Positions 59,946-64,000 of a stretch of 64,000 nucleotides of DNA are shown here, piece by piece. The notes under the pieces were generated by a model. The model saw only the letters and a program-made list of their open reading frames with translations. It was not told the DNA's origin and searched no databases. The first letter of the stretch is position 1. Every line of letters starts with the position of its first letter. Source of the stretch: Camelus ferus (lineage: Eukaryota); NCBI RefSeq assembly GCF_009834535.1, contig NC_045697.1:104906001-104970000 (forward strand). Reading direction: 5' to 3'. A program made the position numbers and the translations under genes.

Positions 59946-60505
59946 TGTCTGGAGTTCTCACGACCACCGCCCCGTCTAGGGGTTTGCTGGAGGGACTCAC
60001 GGGCGTCAGCGTGTATGGTACTCACTGGCTTATCACGCCGATGTGCTAAGAACACACAGGAGCAGATGATGGCACAGATGGAGTCTGGAGGACTCACACG
60101 TAATTTTCCTCCTACTGTCACCTCCCAGGAAGGGTCACACACAGCAGACTCTCCCCCACCAGCGCTGAAAATACAGCCACGTGCATATAATGTTTCCGTT
60201 CAGGGAAGCGCCTTAGAGACTCAGTGCCTGCTGGGAGATGGTCACGTTGGCATCCTTTGTGGAGTGGGTATCAAAATTCTAGACTCCCAGAGGGAAAGCA
60301 GGTGTCCGCATAACTCGTGCACACGCACATTTATGTGCAGACAGTTGAGGCCCAGTGGGCCCTCCCAACCATTTAGGGAATGTTTTATATCGGTTGAGTT
60401 AACTTTATCACCCAAGTTCCCATATGCAAGCCAAGGGCCAACTTGGAAGCAGGACTTTCCAAGGATGGCCGTCCCAGACCCGCTCTGTTTGCTCTTTTCT
60501 GTACA
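59946..60505 (-). mobile_element. ERVL LTR, MER77-like
   Basis: tttgctggagggactcac...cagggaagcgccttagagactcagtgcc...aaaattctagactcccagagggaaagcaggtgt...gccaagggccaac...ctcttttctgtaca. Confidence 0.75.
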
Positions 60506-61503
60506 CCGAGCATCTTTTCCCTGCCTCCGTGAGGAGCTTGAGGGGCAGGGGCGAGGGTGAGTTCCTGTTTCTCCCGCAAGGATGTTCTCTGTCATTGGGA
60601 TTCACAGCCTTTCCCCTTTCTGCTCTGGAAATGTCTTCCCCATCCTGTCGGGAAAGTGCATGTTGTCCGCCCTCTTGTAAAGTGCGGGATTAATTTTACT
60701 GAGAAGCACCACAATCGAGAAAGAATGTGGTCAGTCCGGGTTAAGTAAATTTCAAGCCATGCAACCTTATGTCACTGGATTAATTTGGCACAGGATGGAA
60801 CGTCCCTCAAAAGCCCTTCTTGTTTTAACTTTCCAGTTGGTTGATTTCTCCTTGAGAGTGACCCCAGAGGGCAGGAGTCAGTTTTGTTAGCTTTACTTCT
60901 GTTTCACCCTTGAGCTCTGTTGAGTGCTGTCCCTGGACTCATGTCCCTGGACATTTTCTCAAGGATCTAGGTGCTGCCGTGTCTGTCCTGACCCCTTTCC
61001 TCTGCACCAGGTTGAAACTCCCCGCCTTACCGCAGCCTGGGCTTCCTGGTGTCTGGGTGACACTGACCCTCCTCAGACCTGCTCCTCCCTGTGATTAATC
61101 TTCTGGATTTTTCTCCAAAAGCCCTTTTCATTACAAAGTTTAAAGAGCTCTCTGCAGCCTTGTCAGGATTCCGAGCTCACCATCCAGTATTCACATGGTC
61201 TTCCCCCTCCCATGAGCTGTCTCAAGGTCATTATTTCTTTTCATGCAAATATTTGTAAAATTCTTTCTACAAATCTGTAAAATTCTTTTCATTTTTTGGG
61301 GGGGGATATCTTAATGATATGCATACTAAGAGTACCCCCTGATCCATAGCAGTTTAGAGGAAGGGCTTGATTTTTACTTTTGTTTGTGTCACAGGTCCTC
61401 TTGACCAGGGAGTGGTGAGTTCTGTTCATCTTTATGCAGTAGTTTGTGTTTCCTGTTACTCTAGAGATACAAGTTATCTGGAATTCTAGAGGAGAGCAAA
61501 ACC

Positions 61504-61980
61504 TGTTACTGAAGGCAAGTTTGTGTGCCCGCCACACCATGAGGCCAAACAAACTGAGACGTTTAGGTTTGGAGCAGAGAAAGGTTTACTGCAGGGCCCC
61601 GCAAGGAGGACAGGGTGGCTCATGCCCAAGAAAACCCCGAACTCCCCGAAGGGTTTCAGCAAAGCATAGTTAAAGGACAGATAAGGGAGGGTGGTAGCAG
61701 GGTACCTGAGCAGCTCGTACACAATCCTCTGACTGGTTGATGTGGAGGGAACAGGGCGGTCAACACCGTCAACCCCTGGGCACCAGAAGGTCTGGTTGCC
61801 ATGCACTCTTGATCATCAAGTAGTTCATTTCTTCCCTTCAGTGGTGGTTTTATGCATCTGAAAAACCCAGGAAATATACATGAGATACTATTATCTGGGT
61901 ACTTCAGAGAGGAGCTGCAGCAGAGGATGTGGGGGAGGGGTCTGACCCTGGAAGGCCCCACAGGGTCCTGCTCGGTTACA
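61504..61980 (-). mobile_element. Solo LTR, ERV1 class
   Basis: Termini TGTTAC...GTTACA (minus strand starts TGTAACCGAGCAGGACCC), 4-bp flanks aacc/aact, AGTAAA poly-A-like signal on the minus strand near 61585. Confidence 0.82.
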
Positions 61981-64000
61981 AACTTACTCACCTAAAATTC
62001 CTGAGACCTGTAAGTACAGTACTTAGCCTTGAATCTGCTTCACACCAACTGGGGACTATGGATGAACCAAGATGGAGCATCAGTTAGTGCGTGAGGCATC
62101 CAGGTGATGTGGACATAGGAGTTCATTATAATCTTCTTCTTACTTGTCTGTATATATAAAATTATCGATGATAAAAGTTCAATAATCTGATTTGGTGCTG
62201 GCATCATTTCCTTTATACAATTATTCATTCATCCAACAGGCATTTATGAAGCTGCTTTTTCATGACTTGTACTATATGGACAGGCAGAAAGATTGAAAAA
62301 AAAAAAAAGCAGATCTTGCTTTCCAGAATTCCAACATTTAGCAAGAAAGACAGTGGTGCAGCTGACTGACACAGCAGAGGTCTAGTTACCTGGTCTGAAG
62401 TTTGTGTTTGAGGTTGGACCTATGAGAAGCTAGTGGCTTTCTTTGTCCAAAGCCAGGTTAAGGCCATTTTTGCACTTGAAAGACTTAAGGTGCTAGGCAT
62501 CCCTTTGTGAATCACCTTAGTTGTTTCCTTCGGAAGATACTTACCTCCTCCATTCACAGCCGTGAGTGAGTCCTGCAGTGGATACAGTGGGTGTGATGGT
62601 GAAACGTGAGGTTCCTTTTCCTACGCCTGCTAGTCCGTTTAGGGAAGAGGTTCGGCACCAAGGGCTTCCTGAGCACCTGGAGCCCCAGATGCTGGCCAGC
62701 TCTAGTCACACTGACCGGGAATCCACCAGCCAACGCCAAGCAGGCAGGGAGCGTGGGTTTGTCCACATTTTATAAACTCAGACAAGAAACCGAAGCTTGG
62801 GGAGTTGAAATTAACTTACCTAAGGTCACACAGCTTGCTTTATTCATTTACAGCCTGCCTCGTTCCAAAAAGGATTTCAGTCAGTGCAGCCACACAGTTA
62901 GAAAGTTCCTTGTGGTCTCTCTACCATCCCAAGAAAAACAAGGTCGTATTTTTTTTCTTTTTAAGCTTAAATGATGCATAGTGTTTCAGTCAATATTACT
63001 ACATGGACGGCTCCCAAGTTTAAACTGCACAAAAGTGCTTATGTATGTCTCTGTTGGAATGTGTGGAAGGAAGAAAGGAAATTGCTGAATTTGATTTCAT
63101 AAAGTCATGAGCTTTACATAGTCGCTGGAACCACGCATGCTGATGCCCGGTCACATGCACGAGAAAATTCTTACTCGTCATTGCACCACTGGTGTGTAGT
63201 TTGTCATCATTATCCCTTATTCTTAATTACCGAAAGTGCACACGGGCTACAGACTGCAGATTGTGCCAAACCAAACATCTACAGTGGTTGAATTAATAGG
63301 TTTTGAGGACTATTTATAATCCTTTGTAAATGATAGTAATTCTGTCTATGTTCCTATAAAGAAACTGCACATCAAAAACTCACACAAAACCTGGGTCGTA
63401 ATCTCAAGCACGTTATTCTCGGTATCTACCTCCTGTTCCCTTTCATTTGTTGCTGACTGTTTTCTTTTTTTGTATATTGAAAATGGAATTCATTTATAGG
63501 CTATGTTTTTTTCTTTAGGTAATTGTTTTTCTTTCCCTACCTCAGCAGTAGGTAAAAGTGGAGACATTTTTTCTCCCGGGAAGGCTTCAAACCCTTGGTT
63601 TCTCTGGAATGTTATTTCTCGTTAGGTGGAAGTGAGGGAAATGACCCCTAAGAGGATTAGTCATCATTTTCAAAATTTAATGAAGGAATTAGGTCGTTTG
63701 TGATTAATGTGCTAATAAGCTCAGAGTAAGCTGTACTTACTGATGTATTGATGTGGAAAGGTCTTTGGAGTGATAATTGTTCAATGTGTATAACCACTAG
63801 TTCCGTGGTTCCTACAGAACTGTTTCCTACAACGTCCAGGGCCACAAACACATCCACACTTGAAATTTTTTGGAAGTCTGCTGTGGCTTTATCCAAATCC
63901 CATGTAACTTAAAAGAAAATTCTTTCACTTCATTATTCAGATGAATCCAACCTGTTGTAAATTGTTTCTAATTCTCCACTGTTTCCCCATTCTTGGCAGC

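Larger units (their letters stand above)
1..64000 (+). other. ARHGAP10: ARHGAP10 gene body (internal part; both ends outside the window)
   Basis: Eight exons splice in frame to (R)[227 protein letters not shown]. This is recognisable as the GRAF2/ARHGAP10 PH end plus RhoGAP domain. Confidence 0.95.

Noticed and set aside
59943..60560. Longest ORF in the track (205 aa)
   Set aside because: Lies within a MER77-like LTR, starts at GTG, and has no recognisable domain.
52314..64000. Next ARHGAP10 exon (Ser/Pro-rich region after HEK)
   Set aside because: I found no acceptor-bounded segment encoding the expected continuation; intron 18 apparently extends beyond the window.
1..64000. CRISPR array, operon, prophage or other prokaryotic system
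   Set aside because: Sequence is spliced mammalian gene with eutherian repeats; no regularly spaced direct repeats or gene-dense ORFs were seen.

Overview
Mammalian genomic DNA, most likely camelid (alpaca/llama/camel type), judged from a tRNA-Ala-derived Vic-1-like SINE. The whole window lies inside one plus-strand gene, ARHGAP10 (GRAF2/PSGAP). Eight GT-AG coding exons (682 nt, phase-consistent) encode the end of the PH domain and the RhoGAP domain. They are probably exons 11-18; that numbering is recalled from human, not derived here. The rest is intron containing L1, L2, MIR, LTR and DNA-transposon relics. Nearly all ORFs in the supplied track are spurious. I see no prokaryote-type system, RNA gene or second gene. 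The best leads are (1) a ~180-bp micro-inversion that split one SINE and inverted one of its target-site duplications (TSDs), (2) complementary L1 copies bracketing exons 14-18 that could drive a 488-nt circRNA, (3) an in-frame skippable arginine-finger exon, and (4) a few motif-level regulatory candidates. Repeat family names are from recalled consensus sequences and boundaries without TSDs are approximate.
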